Shown: positions 50,116 through 58,726 of the stretch, piece by piece
Layout: each line of letters starts with the position of its first letter
Numbering within the stretch: the first letter of the stretch is position 1
From: an uncultured virus (IMG/VR IMGVR_UViG_3300031853_000024)
Taxonomy: Duplodnaviria; Heunggongvirae; Uroviricota; Caudoviricetes; Schitoviridae
DNA: 64,000 nt
IMG/VR virus record: IMGVR_UViG_3300031853_000024
Direction: 5' to 3' (one strand)
Position numbers and translations under genes: made by a program
Notes under the pieces: generated by a model
What the model was told of the DNA's origin: nothing
The model's input: the letters and a program-made list of their open reading frames with translations, nothing else
Database searches by the model: none

Positions 50116-50189
50116 TGATTACTTTGAGTAATCCAATTTGTGTTCCATAAATATAAATGTAAAGCTAGTCAGAAATGGCTAGCTTTTTT
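50116..50189 (+). ncRNA. candidate ~75-nt small RNA
   Basis: lies between a hairpin element and terminator AAAGCTAGTC-AGAAAT-GGCTAGCTTT(T); 5' GATTAC/GTAATC stem; no SD-led ORF. Confidence 0.45.
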
Positions 50190-50285
50190 GTTTTAAAGAC
50201 AATTTAAGTATGGGTAATACATTGGTATTACTTAGTATCAAAACGTGCGTAGAAGAGCCTTAAAACGCAAGGAATGAGGTGTTAT

Positions 50286-50456
50286 ATGGAAGAGAATAAA
50301 ACCAAAGAAAATGAAAAAGATTTCATTAATGAAACCAAAGATGAATTGGCTGAATTATTACAGTCAATTAAAGATAAAGAATCAAAAGATGTAAAGATTA
50401 AAAAATCTTTATTAGTTAAGGGAGCATTATTAGCTCTCGGTTTATACATATTTTAG
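50286..50456 (+). CDS. small C-terminally anchored membrane protein
   Basis: GAGGTG SD; charged N-terminus and hydrophobic tail. Confidence 0.65.
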   Translation: MEENKTKENEKDFINETKDELAELLQSIKDKESKDVKIKKSLLVKGALLALGLYIF

Positions 50457-50466
50457 GAATTACAAC

Positions 50467-50682
50467 ATGATGATAAACTCCGTAGTTAAGGGAATCATTT
50501 TTGGTTCCCTTTTTTTATTAATTTGGGGAATTGTTATTTATTTAATTTTACGTGCTTTAGATACACCTGAAGTAGAGTTCAGTTGGTCTACAAAACAGTG
50601 TGTAAGAGTTGTTTACATGGATGGTAAGACAACTAATTGTGATGTCTTACCTGATAGATATGATATTGTATGGGGAAAATAA
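50467..50682 (+). CDS. small membrane protein
   Basis: N-terminal TM, then PEV.FSWSTKQCVRV...C..LP..Y..VW. Confidence 0.7.
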   Translation: MMINSVVKGIIFGSLFLLIWGIVIYLILRALDTPEVEFSWSTKQCVRVVYMDGKTTNCDVLPDRYDIVWGK

Positions 50683-50683
50683 A

Positions 50684-51121
50684 ATGGAATTTAAAGATGA
50701 ATATTGGTTTTTAAACAATATGTGTGAAACACCAATCACATATAAAGATTTAACTTACAGAAATGTAGAAGCAGCTTTTCAAGCTCAGAAATGTCCTGAT
50801 AGAGCTGAAGAATTTGTTAACCTCAAAGGATTTGAGGCTAGAAAACTAGGTAGAAAGATAAAACCTAGAAAAGATTGGAATGATGTAAAAGAATCTATCA
50901 TGTTAGAACTCTTAGAGATTAAATTCTCTAGAAGAAAATATAAAAAGAAATTATTAAGAACAGAAGATGAAGAGATTATCTATGACAATAATTGGAAAGA
51001 CACTTTTTGGGGTAGATATGATGGTGAAGGTGAAAATGTATTAGGCAAACTTATAATGAGCATAAGAGACGAATTACAGAATAGTAAATTAGCTCCTACG
51101 GAGCCTAAGGATATTATTTAA
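50684..51121 (+). CDS. NADAR (YbiA-like) family protein
   Basis: FL.N....PI......Y..VEAAFQAQK, ARKLGR, DW..VK..IM...L..KF, W.DTFWG, GEN.LG.LIM.IR. Confidence 0.9.
   Translation: MEFKDEYWFLNNMCETPITYKDLTYRNVEAAFQAQKCPDRAEEFVNLKGFEARKLGRKIKPRKDWNDVKESIMLELLEIKFSRRKYKKKLLRTEDEEIIYDNNWKDTFWGRYDGEGENVLGKLIMSIRDELQNSKLAPTEPKDII
51092..51104 (+). promoter_or_regulatory. TAC-loop hairpin at the 3' end of the NADAR gene
   Basis: GCTCC-TAC-GGAGC followed by CTAAGG. Confidence 0.65.
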
Positions 51122-51134
51122 AAGGAGTTCAGCT

Positions 51135-51257
51135 ATGTATAGTTTTGAATATGCTTACACAAAGTTAGGTTTAGATTTTTATAAAGTATTTTTAAATGGT
51201 GAATTTATTGGAGAGTTCACTTATGAAGATTGTGTAGAAGATTTTGATATGGAGTAA
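51135..51257 (+). CDS. hypothetical protein (40 aa, not in ORF track)
   Basis: AAGGAG SD; MYSFEYAYTK...DFDME*. Confidence 0.6.
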   Translation: MYSFEYAYTKLGLDFYKVFLNGEFIGEFTYEDCVEDFDME

Positions 51258-51264
51258 ATAAATC

Positions 51265-52287
51265 ATGCTTATTAAGAATTTAGTTAAGAGTGTTGAAGTA
51301 GCAATTAAGAGTGGTGTAGTTCCATTTATTCAGGGTTCACCAGGAATCGGTAAATCAGATATTGTTAAGCAAGTAGCTAATAAATATAAGTTAAAGCTTA
51401 TTGATATCAGATTGAGTCAGTGTGACCCAACTGACTTATGTGGACTACCAAAACTTAATGGTAATAAGGCAGAGTTCCTGCCATTTGATACATTTCCTGT
51501 AGAAGGAGATGAAATACCAAGTGGCTATAAAGGTTGGCTCATCTTTTTAGATGAAATTAATAGTGCAAGTAAAGCTGTACAGGCTGCAGCATATAAATTA
51601 GTACTTGATAAGATGGTAGGCAACCATCATTTACATAAGAATGTACTGATTGCATGTGCAGGTAATAAAGAGACTGATGGTGCTATTACTAATCAGATTA
51701 GTACAGCTTTAAGGTCAAGATTTGTAACATTAAAAGTAGAACCAGACTATGAATCTTGGTTGGATTGGGCTAATGATAATGATATTGATTGGAGAATAAT
51801 TTCATTTATCAATTATCAAAAGATGAATGGCTTATATGATTTTGACCCTGAAAGAACAGATGTAGCTTATGCATGTCCTAGATCATGGGAAATGGTGAGT
51901 AAGTTACTGAAGAACATAGATAACTTAAATGATTATGGTGAATTATTAGAAGGTACTGTAGGTGGTCAAGCTTACATATTCATTAACTTCTGCGAATGTA
52001 TAGGTGAAATGCCAACTATTGAACAGATATTTGGTGGAGTAGCTACAGTTAAGCATAACTTGGATTTAGGTAAGAGATACTTATATACAGGTTTTGTTAT
52101 TAACAATGCTAATTTAATAAATACGCAGGAGAAAGCCAAACATGTAACAGAATACTTAGAGGCATTAGGTAGAGATTTTGCTGTAATATTCTATTCAACA
52201 GCAATTAGAAAGAATCCTAAATTATTAAGTATGTCTGCTATTCAAAAGAAAGTAACGGAGTATGCAATATGGTTGACGAAAGAATAA
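51265..52287 (+). CDS. MoxR-like AAA+ ATPase (N4 gp24-like)
   Basis: GSPGIGKS, IDIRLSQ.DP.DL.G.P, IFLDEIN, AGN, ALRSRF, CPRSW. Confidence 0.92.
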   Translation: MLIKNLVKSVEVAIKSGVVPFIQGSPGIGKSDIVKQVANKYKLKLIDIRLSQCDPTDLCGLPKLNGNKAEFLPFDTFPVEGDEIPSGYKGWLIFLDEINSASKAVQAAAYKLVLDKMVGNHHLHKNVLIACAGNKETDGAITNQISTALRSRFVTLKVEPDYESWLDWANDNDIDWRIISFINYQKMNGLYDFDPERTDVAYACPRSWEMVSKLLKNIDNLNDYGELLEGTVGGQAYIFINFCECIGEMPTIEQIFGGVATVKHNLDLGKRYLYTGFVINNANLINTQEKAKHVTEYLEALGRDFAVIFYSTAIRKNPKLLSMSAIQKKVTEYAIWLTKE

Positions 52288-53399
52288 CAAAAGCTAAGAT
52301 TAAACTTGGTTTAGAGGACAGATTCCTTGGTGCATTAGCCATGATGTTAGAATGGAGAGAAAATAATAATATTGATACCATGGCTACTAATGGTAAGGAA
52401 TTTATCTATAACAAGGATTTCTTAGATAAGTTAGAGTTCAAGGAACTATTAGGTGTTATGGCTCATGAGTGTATGCATGTAGCTTTAGCACATAATATTA
52501 GATGTTATAACGGTAAGTTTGAACCAGAATTGTATAACATAGCAGGTGATTATGCTATCAATCAGACTCTTGTAGAACATAACTTTACCTTACCTGAAAA
52601 TGCATTAATATCTAGAGAATTTTCAGGGCTATGTACTGAAGAGATATATGCTATCTTAGAAAAGAATAATAACAATAATAGTCAAAATAGTAGTAGAGGT
52701 AATAATAAGGGTAAGAATAGCAGAAAATATCCTATGCAAGGAGATATTCTTAAACCTGAATCAGATGCAGATATAGAGAAAGTTAAACGTAATATTATTA
52801 CTGCTAAGTTATCATCTTCTGATAAGGATTTCAGTTGTGCATCTGCTGAGTTCCAAAGGAACTATACTGATATAACTAATCCTAAATTACCATGGAATGT
52901 GATATTACGTAGATATGTTAATGCTACAGTAAATGATGATTATTCATGGAAAAGACCTAATAGAAGATTTCAAGATATATATTTACCTAGCTTATGCGAT
53001 GGTGATGCATTAACTAAACTAAATGTTTATATGGACGTATCAGGTTCAGTTGATGATAAAACCATAGGTAAATTCTTAACTGAAATTAAAGGTTTCTATG
53101 ATAATCTAGCTATTGAAGTATTGACTATTAATACATTCTCTACTAGATTAAACCAAAAGATAGTAATGACTGACTCATGGAAACCAGTAGATAAAAATCT
53201 TGAAAGCTTTGGTGGTACATGTATAGGACCTGTTATTGAAGATATTAACAATAATAAAGCTGTAGTTAATATTGTATTTACTGATGGTTATTTTGATGAA
53301 GATCCTATTCAGCAAAGTAAATATCCTATTATTTGGGTTATCTATGATAATAACAATTTTAAACCTGTAAAAGGAAAAGTAGTTGAAATTCAGGTATAA
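52269..53399 (+). CDS. metallopeptidase-vWA protein (N4 gp25-like)
   Basis: TMATNG, HECMH (HEXXH), NIAGDYAIN, MIDAS DVSGS, GGT, FTDG. Confidence 0.9.
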   Translation: MVDERITKAKIKLGLEDRFLGALAMMLEWRENNNIDTMATNGKEFIYNKDFLDKLEFKELLGVMAHECMHVALAHNIRCYNGKFEPELYNIAGDYAINQTLVEHNFTLPENALISREFSGLCTEEIYAILEKNNNNNSQNSSRGNNKGKNSRKYPMQGDILKPESDADIEKVKRNIITAKLSSSDKDFSCASAEFQRNYTDITNPKLPWNVILRRYVNATVNDDYSWKRPNRRFQDIYLPSLCDGDALTKLNVYMDVSGSVDDKTIGKFLTEIKGFYDNLAIEVLTINTFSTRLNQKIVMTDSWKPVDKNLESFGGTCIGPVIEDINNNKAVVNIVFTDGYFDEDPIQQSKYPIIWVIYDNNNFKPVKGKVVEIQV

Positions 53400-53419
53400 A
53401 TTAGTTTATAGGTGAGCAT

Positions 53420-53899
53420 ATGATATATGAAGATAGATTTACTGAAGAGGAATTAGTTGCTTTAAGAACCCTAAGAACTAAACTTTCTTGGGGTGAATCA
53501 AGTATTAATTATTTTATTGCTTATATGATTCTTTTAAGTAATCTTAATCCTAGATTGTTAAAGTATAAGAATAACCAAAGATATGGTGGTTATTTATCAC
53601 TTAATGCTAGGACTATTAAAAGGGAAATTAAGCATAAAAGATATACTTTAGCTAGATTAATTCATGGTAAATCAAGTGAACAAATATTATGGTATAAATA
53701 TATTTTGACACCCTTAATAGGAACACTAGAGAGTATTACAGATGATATTCTTGGTTTACCAAAGGATAGTCCTAATGATACTTTAGTGTTCAAGACTCAA
53801 ATCTATACTGTACCTAGATTTAAGAACCAGCTTCATATAACTAAACAAGAAGTAATGGATATTATTGAAGGTATAGTAAAAGATGGAAAAATGGGTTGA
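53420..53899 (+). CDS. hypothetical protein
   Basis: 159 aa, AGGTG SD. Confidence 0.7.
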   Translation: MIYEDRFTEEELVALRTLRTKLSWGESSINYFIAYMILLSNLNPRLLKYKNNQRYGGYLSLNARTIKREIKHKRYTLARLIHGKSSEQILWYKYILTPLIGTLESITDDILGLPKDSPNDTLVFKTQIYTVPRFKNQLHITKQEVMDIIEGIVKDGKMG

Positions 53900-54161
53900 T
53901 ACATTTTACTTTACTACGATTGCCTGTATAGGTGGTTGTGTAAGTTATTTATCAGGTTCAAAAGAATTTTCATTAAAAGAGTTTCTAATTAAAGGAATAT
54001 CATCAGGCTTTACAGGCTATCTCATTTATCAATTATGCTTATATGCTGCATTACCTGCATCAATGACTGCATTCTTATGTGGTACATTTGGATATGTAGG
54101 TAGTGAAGTAACTATAAACTTATTGAAAAGAATGATAATCAAGAAAATAAATTCCATATAA
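53883..54161 (+). CDS. putative holin (three-TM, LydA/lambda-S-like pattern)
   Basis: IGGCVSYL...ISSGFTG...FLCGTFGYVG.E with a basic C-terminus. Confidence 0.75.
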   Translation: MEKWVDTFYFTTIACIGGCVSYLSGSKEFSLKEFLIKGISSGFTGYLIYQLCLYAALPASMTAFLCGTFGYVGSEVTINLLKRMIIKKINSI

Positions 54162-54183
54162 TTTTCCTTAAAAAAATGTAATC

Positions 54184-54216
54184 AAAAGCTCTCAGTAATG
54201 GGAGCTTTTATTTTTT
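54184..54216 (+). terminator. intrinsic terminator
   Basis: AAAAGCTCTCA-GTAA-TGGGAGCTTTT plus T run. Confidence 0.8.
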
Positions 54217-54220
54217 AGGG

Positions 54221-54233
54221 GTCCCTACGGGAC
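54221..54233 (+). promoter_or_regulatory. TAC-loop hairpin, candidate vRNAP promoter
   Basis: GTCCC-TAC-GGGAC followed by TTAATGG, directly after a terminator. Confidence 0.7.
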
Positions 54234-54279
54234 TTAATGGTTTTTATTTATTTATTTTAATTTAAATTTGGAGTTAATC

Positions 54280-54927
54280 ATGACAACAATTACATTAATT
54301 AGTGGTGGTGCTTTAGGTGCAGATAGTGTTTGGTCTTATATTGCTGAAAAGCATGGTATTAAGACTATTCATCTTATTGGTTCAGGTCTATCTAGACCTA
54401 CAGGTGGTCTTGATGACAATAGAATTAAAGAACAAAGAAGTGGAATTAACCAAGCAATAACCTATGAGCAAACTGCAGAAGCTATTAAAGGTTTAATAGC
54501 TAATAATTGTTTTGTTAGTGGTAAACCTGCTAAGGAGTACTTTAAAGGTGAATTAACTACAGCTCAAAAGTTACATGCTAGGAATTATTGGCAGGTAATG
54601 AACGGACAACAAGTACTAGCTGTATGTAATATTGTTAATGGCAAACCTACAGGAGGTACTGCTACAGCAGTTAATTTAGCTATTAAGTTGAATAAACCAA
54701 CATATATACTAAATACTCAAGACCAAGAATGGTATGAGTATAATGGTACTAAATTTGTTCCATGTGATACACCAAAATTAAAGATAAAAAATACTTGTAT
54801 TGGTTCTAGAAGTCTAGTTAAATATAAGGTTTGTAAATATGGTAAATGGGTATATGCACCTTATGTAGGTGAAACCATTGAAAATAAACTTAGAGCTAAA
54901 ATGGAAGAAGTATTTAATGGAATATAA
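54280..54927 (+). CDS. SLOG-superfamily (DprA/YpsA-like) nucleotide-binding protein
   Basis: ISGGA.GAD, HARN, GGT..AV..A..L.KP motifs. Confidence 0.75.
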   Translation: MTTITLISGGALGADSVWSYIAEKHGIKTIHLIGSGLSRPTGGLDDNRIKEQRSGINQAITYEQTAEAIKGLIANNCFVSGKPAKEYFKGELTTAQKLHARNYWQVMNGQQVLAVCNIVNGKPTGGTATAVNLAIKLNKPTYILNTQDQEWYEYNGTKFVPCDTPKLKIKNTCIGSRSLVKYKVCKYGKWVYAPYVGETIENKLRAKMEEVFNGI

Positions 54928-55237
54928 AGCTGATATTTATTTGGTTTTACCGGAACAAGACTATATTACTTATCAATGGTTTGGACTAAAACCAAATGTT
55001 CAATTTTTATATGAAAATCAATTAGGTAGAAATACTGTATTACTTAGTTGGAAAGGGATTGATACTTATAGTGATTATGGTGATGATATTCTTGCTGCTA
55101 TTAAGCAATATAGAACCAAACATAATGACTATGAATATATGTTCTTAGGTGAAGATGTAGATAACATCAAACACTACTTAGGAGAAAATACCATAGGGGT
55201 ATTAAAGGTAGAAAGAACAGTAAAGATTTGTGCATGA
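54917..55237 (+). CDS. hypothetical phage protein (paralog of 44018..44353)
   Basis: MEYKAD...YMFLGEDVDNI pattern. Confidence 0.7.
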   Translation: MEYKADIYLVLPEQDYITYQWFGLKPNVQFLYENQLGRNTVLLSWKGIDTYSDYGDDILAAIKQYRTKHNDYEYMFLGEDVDNIKHYLGENTIGVLKVERTVKICA

Positions 55238-55264
55238 AATTAACTCCTATATTACATGCTAACC

Positions 55265-55294
55265 AAAGCCCTAGTAATAGGGCTTTTTATTTTT
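55265..55294 (+). terminator. intrinsic terminator
   Basis: AAAGCCCTA-GTAA-TAGGGCTTT plus T run. Confidence 0.8.
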
Positions 55295-55306
55295 AAGGAT
55301 ATTATT

Positions 55307-55639
55307 ATGAAATTTGTTAAATTTAATTTTAGAGAACTATTTAAACAAGCAGTAATCGAAGAAGTATTCCAAATTAGAAATAGAAAATTATTAAGTCATA
55401 GAATATATGAATTAAATGAAGATACAAGTCAAATTCAGTGGTTTATTATTGAATTGGTATATGAAAGAAAGGGTATTGTATTTCCTGTTATGGTTACATT
55501 CTTTAAATATGCAGGTTGTAATCAAGTAAAAATGAAATTAAAAGAATTTATGTCATATAGTAATAAACCATTACCTAAAACAACAATAGAAAAAATTGAA
55601 ACCATGTTTAAATTACTTGGTTTAGATATTGTAAGATAA
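55307..55639 (+). CDS. hypothetical protein
   Basis: AAGGA SD before ATG 55307 (MKFVKF). Confidence 0.7.
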   Translation: MKFVKFNFRELFKQAVIEEVFQIRNRKLLSHRIYELNEDTSQIQWFIIELVYERKGIVFPVMVTFFKYAGCNQVKMKLKEFMSYSNKPLPKTTIEKIETMFKLLGLDIVR

Positions 55640-55675
55640 AGTTCAGAAATTTATTATAGATTATGGAGTATTAAC

Positions 55676-55972
55676 ATGAAAACCAATTTAAACAAAGATG
55701 CTTATGCCAAACAATTATATGAAGTAGACCAAGACATAATAGCTTTTACCTTTGCTAAAAGTAAATATGAAGAAAAACTACTTAAAGCTAAAATGGAGAA
55801 TGCTAAACCAAGTATAATTCAAGGTTTTAAGAACTATAAAGTACGTAATGAGAGAGCTATTATGTACGCTAAAGAGTATAAGAAACAATTAAATCTACAG
55901 TATCAAAAATACATAGAAGATTGGAAAAAAGAATTGATGGAGAAAACTAATGAAAACAATACAACCAGTTAG
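55676..55972 (+). CDS. hypothetical protein
   Basis: 98 aa, GGAG SD. Confidence 0.7.
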   Translation: MKTNLNKDAYAKQLYEVDQDIIAFTFAKSKYEEKLLKAKMENAKPSIIQGFKNYKVRNERAIMYAKEYKKQLNLQYQKYIEDWKKELMEKTNENNTTS

Positions 55973-56279
55973 TATTATGGAATCCGAATGGTTCAGATAT
56001 TATCAATTATATAATTCATTATTAAAATGGGCTGAACAAGGATTAACAGTAAAAAATTTTAAAGATGATATGACACAATTTTTTAAAGATATAGAACCAA
56101 TGAAAAAAGAATGTAAATATGATTATCTTGAACAACGTATTCTTTATGCTACATTTTTAGAAATGTGTGATAAATCATTAGTACCTGATGATACTCAACT
56201 AACTAAATTAGTTAACTATATCAAAATATTAGTAGATAATACTTTAGATGAAATCGTAGTATGGAGTGAAGAAGAATGA
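55950..56279 (+). CDS. hypothetical protein
   Basis: 109 aa, GGAG SD, overlapping chain. Confidence 0.7.
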   Translation: MKTIQPVSIMESEWFRYYQLYNSLLKWAEQGLTVKNFKDDMTQFFKDIEPMKKECKYDYLEQRILYATFLEMCDKSLVPDDTQLTKLVNYIKILVDNTLDEIVVWSEEE

Positions 56280-56548
56280 AAAATAAATATGTACCATTTG
56301 AAACATTAAATGATTTGAGGGATTATAAAATACATATAGGAGATCCTATTGTATTCTTTAATAAAAAATATCCTGAAATACGTTATTCTACTATAGTAAC
56401 TGAAATTCAATTTGATAATGATAATTTTACTGTTATAAACATTACATTAGGTACTACTGCTTATAGTTTAGAAACTTTATGTGATAATTATATTTGGCAT
56501 TGTCGTAATAATGAATGGGTTCCATTTGGTAAGAAGGTAGAAGAATGA
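56276..56548 (+). CDS. hypothetical protein (paralog of the 228..728 C-terminal domain)
   Basis: ATGA coupling; see 228..728. Confidence 0.7.
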   Translation: MKNKYVPFETLNDLRDYKIHIGDPIVFFNKKYPEIRYSTIVTEIQFDNDNFTVINITLGTTAYSLETLCDNYIWHCRNNEWVPFGKKVEE

Positions 56549-56772
56549 GCGACTTACAAAAGATGAAAGATGATAAGTTAAACTTATTCATTGAACACAT
56601 TGAAAAGGAACTAGAGAATCTTGAATTTAAATTACAGGTAAGTTCTATATCAGGTTTTTCTCTTGAAACTGAAAGTTGGGATAAATACCATTATTACTTA
56701 ACTGTATTACTTCAAGTAGCTAAAGAAGAAAAGAAAAAGAGAACCAAAAGGGTAAAACATGAAAGTAAATGA
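56545..56772 (+). CDS. hypothetical protein
   Basis: 75 aa, ATGA coupling. Confidence 0.65.
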   Translation: MSDLQKMKDDKLNLFIEHIEKELENLEFKLQVSSISGFSLETESWDKYHYYLTVLLQVAKEEKKKRTKRVKHESK

Positions 56773-56974
56773 ATTAATTGCTAGGTTACAGCAACTAGTT
56801 AATACTGAACCAGATTTAAGCGAAGTAGATATTAAATTAGAGACTGAACCAACATATAAGAACTCAATAGAGTCAGATATAGATAATGTATGGATACATG
56901 AATGGTATGACTCTAAAACCAAGAAAAAATATAAGACTGTAATACTAGTGGAGAAACGAGATGATAATTCCTGA
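56759..56974 (+). CDS. hypothetical protein
   Basis: MKVNELIARLQ start common in phage small ORFs. Confidence 0.65.
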   Translation: MKVNELIARLQQLVNTEPDLSEVDIKLETEPTYKNSIESDIDNVWIHEWYDSKTKKKYKTVILVEKRDDNS

Positions 56975-57209
56975 ATATATTATTGTAATGACTTGGATTT
57001 TAGTAGCTATAGTTATCTTATCAATAATTGCAGCCATTCTCTTTAGATTATATATACTGTTCTTATTTAATGAAAAAGAAGAATTAAGAAATAAAGCATA
57101 TGATATTCAAAATCAGATTTACTTTGCTAAAAATGAGTTAAATGACCTTAAAAAAGAAATAGAAACTCTTAGAAAAGAAAAGAATTTATGGGAAAATAAA
57201 AATGCATAA
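56961..57209 (+). CDS. membrane-anchored coiled-coil protein
   Basis: N-terminal TM followed by heptads. Confidence 0.65.
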   Translation: MIIPEYIIVMTWILVAIVILSIIAAILFRLYILFLFNEKEELRNKAYDIQNQIYFAKNELNDLKKEIETLRKEKNLWENKNA

Positions 57210-57423
57210 AATTCAAAGATTAGGCTTTACTAAAATAGGTGATGGTAGAGGTACTGCTTTACTAGAACCTATCCATACAACAAATCCAAAAGGTAATGAT
57301 ATAGTGTATTTACCTGTATTTAAAAATAAAAAAGTAGATTTTATAAAAATAAACTCAAAGCAAGATTTATTTGTTTGGTTTAGACTAGCATTTCCTAATG
57401 CTGTAATGCCTAAAGAAGAATAG
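57202..57423 (+). CDS. hypothetical protein
   Basis: 73 aa, overlapping chain. Confidence 0.6.
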   Translation: MHKIQRLGFTKIGDGRGTALLEPIHTTNPKGNDIVYLPVFKNKKVDFIKINSKQDLFVWFRLAFPNAVMPKEE

Positions 57424-57478
57424 TATTATTTATTTTTGGTTTAATTTATAAAGTATTAAACACCCCTATATATTGTTT

Positions 57479-57517
57479 CACTCGATAGTTATAACTGACT
57501 ACCGAGTGTTTTTTTTT
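57479..57517 (+). terminator. intrinsic terminator
   Basis: CACTCG...CGAGTG plus T9. Confidence 0.7.
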
Positions 57518-57530
57518 GCCCCTACGGGGC
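57518..57530 (+). promoter_or_regulatory. TAC-loop hairpin, candidate promoter of the replication operon
   Basis: GCCCC-TAC-GGGGC directly after a terminator, 30 nt before the helicase ATG. Confidence 0.7.
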
Positions 57531-57559
57531 GTAAGAGAATTTTTTATAGGAGCTAATTT

Positions 57560-58726
57560 ATGTTAACCAAGTCACAACAAATTGCTATTGATGAAATTAA
57601 AGAATTTATTAAGAATGATATGACTGTACATTGTTTATCAGGTTCACCAGGTACAGGTAAATCATATTTGATTGAGACAGAAATCCCCAAGTTATTAAGA
57701 AATACCCCATATTTTTTAGTAACAACAGCTACAACTAATAAGGCTGCAGCAGTTATTCATGGAGTAACTTTATGCAAAGCTTTTGGTATTAGCCTGAAAG
57801 CTGATATGGACACAGGAGTACAGGATTATAATCTCAGCAGATTAAAGACTATGCTTAATCAATTCATCATCATAGATGAGGCATCTATGTTAGATGGTAA
57901 ATTATGGCAAATAGTTCAAGAATCCAGTGTTAACTGCAAGTTTTTATTAGTAGGTGATAAATACCAGTTACCACCTGTCAAAAGCACATTTAATCCTTTT
58001 AGTGAATATCCTATTAGTGAATTAACAGAAGTAGTAAGACAGAAAGACCCTGATTTTTTAAATGAAATTAAACAGGCAAAGCAGGGTGTAATAGACTCTG
58101 AAGTATATAAACCAAAAGAGAATAAGTGCATTCACTATCTTAAAACAAATAAGGAAGTGAGAGATTTATTAGCTAGTTTTACTAATGAAGACAAAGCATT
58201 AGCTTATACTAATGATAAATCAGTTGATTTAGCTTATACCATTCGTAAATTACAGAACAAAAGTACTGATTTCTGTATTGGTGATCCTGTAGCACCAAAG
58301 AATTATTGTGAAGATAGTCAAGGTTGTTCAGTACAGACAGGAGAGGATTTAATAGTATCTGCAATAGGTAAGAAACAGAATATCAAAATTGATACATATG
58401 ATATTGAAGTAAGACCATTCAATTTTATTGGTACTAGTGGAACATTCTTGGTTCCAACTAATTATAAATATGCTCTCATTGTAGCTAAAGAAATGGCTAA
58501 GAAAAAGAAATGGAGAGAATATTACAGAATTAAAGAAGGTTTATTAGATTTAAGATTTAATGAGGCTAGTACTATTCATTGTTCGCAAGGTAGTACATAT
58601 AACAGAGTATTCATTCATATGACCGATTTGCTTACCTGTAAAGCATACAGCACTAAAGCTAGACTGCTATATGTAGCTTTATCCAGAGCCAAGAATGATG
58701 TGTATATTTATGAGGGAGACAGATAA
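57560..58726 (+). CDS. SF1B Dda/RecD-like DNA helicase (N4 gp37-like)
   Basis: GSPGTGKS, ATTNKAA, IIDEASM, VGD.YQLPPV, VVRQ, TIH.SQGST, YVALSRA. Confidence 0.93.
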   Translation: MLTKSQQIAIDEIKEFIKNDMTVHCLSGSPGTGKSYLIETEIPKLLRNTPYFLVTTATTNKAAAVIHGVTLCKAFGISLKADMDTGVQDYNLSRLKTMLNQFIIIDEASMLDGKLWQIVQESSVNCKFLLVGDKYQLPPVKSTFNPFSEYPISELTEVVRQKDPDFLNEIKQAKQGVIDSEVYKPKENKCIHYLKTNKEVRDLLASFTNEDKALAYTNDKSVDLAYTIRKLQNKSTDFCIGDPVAPKNYCEDSQGCSVQTGEDLIVSAIGKKQNIKIDTYDIEVRPFNFIGTSGTFLVPTNYKYALIVAKEMAKKKKWREYYRIKEGLLDLRFNEASTIHCSQGSTYNRVFIHMTDLLTCKAYSTKARLLYVALSRAKNDVYIYEGDR

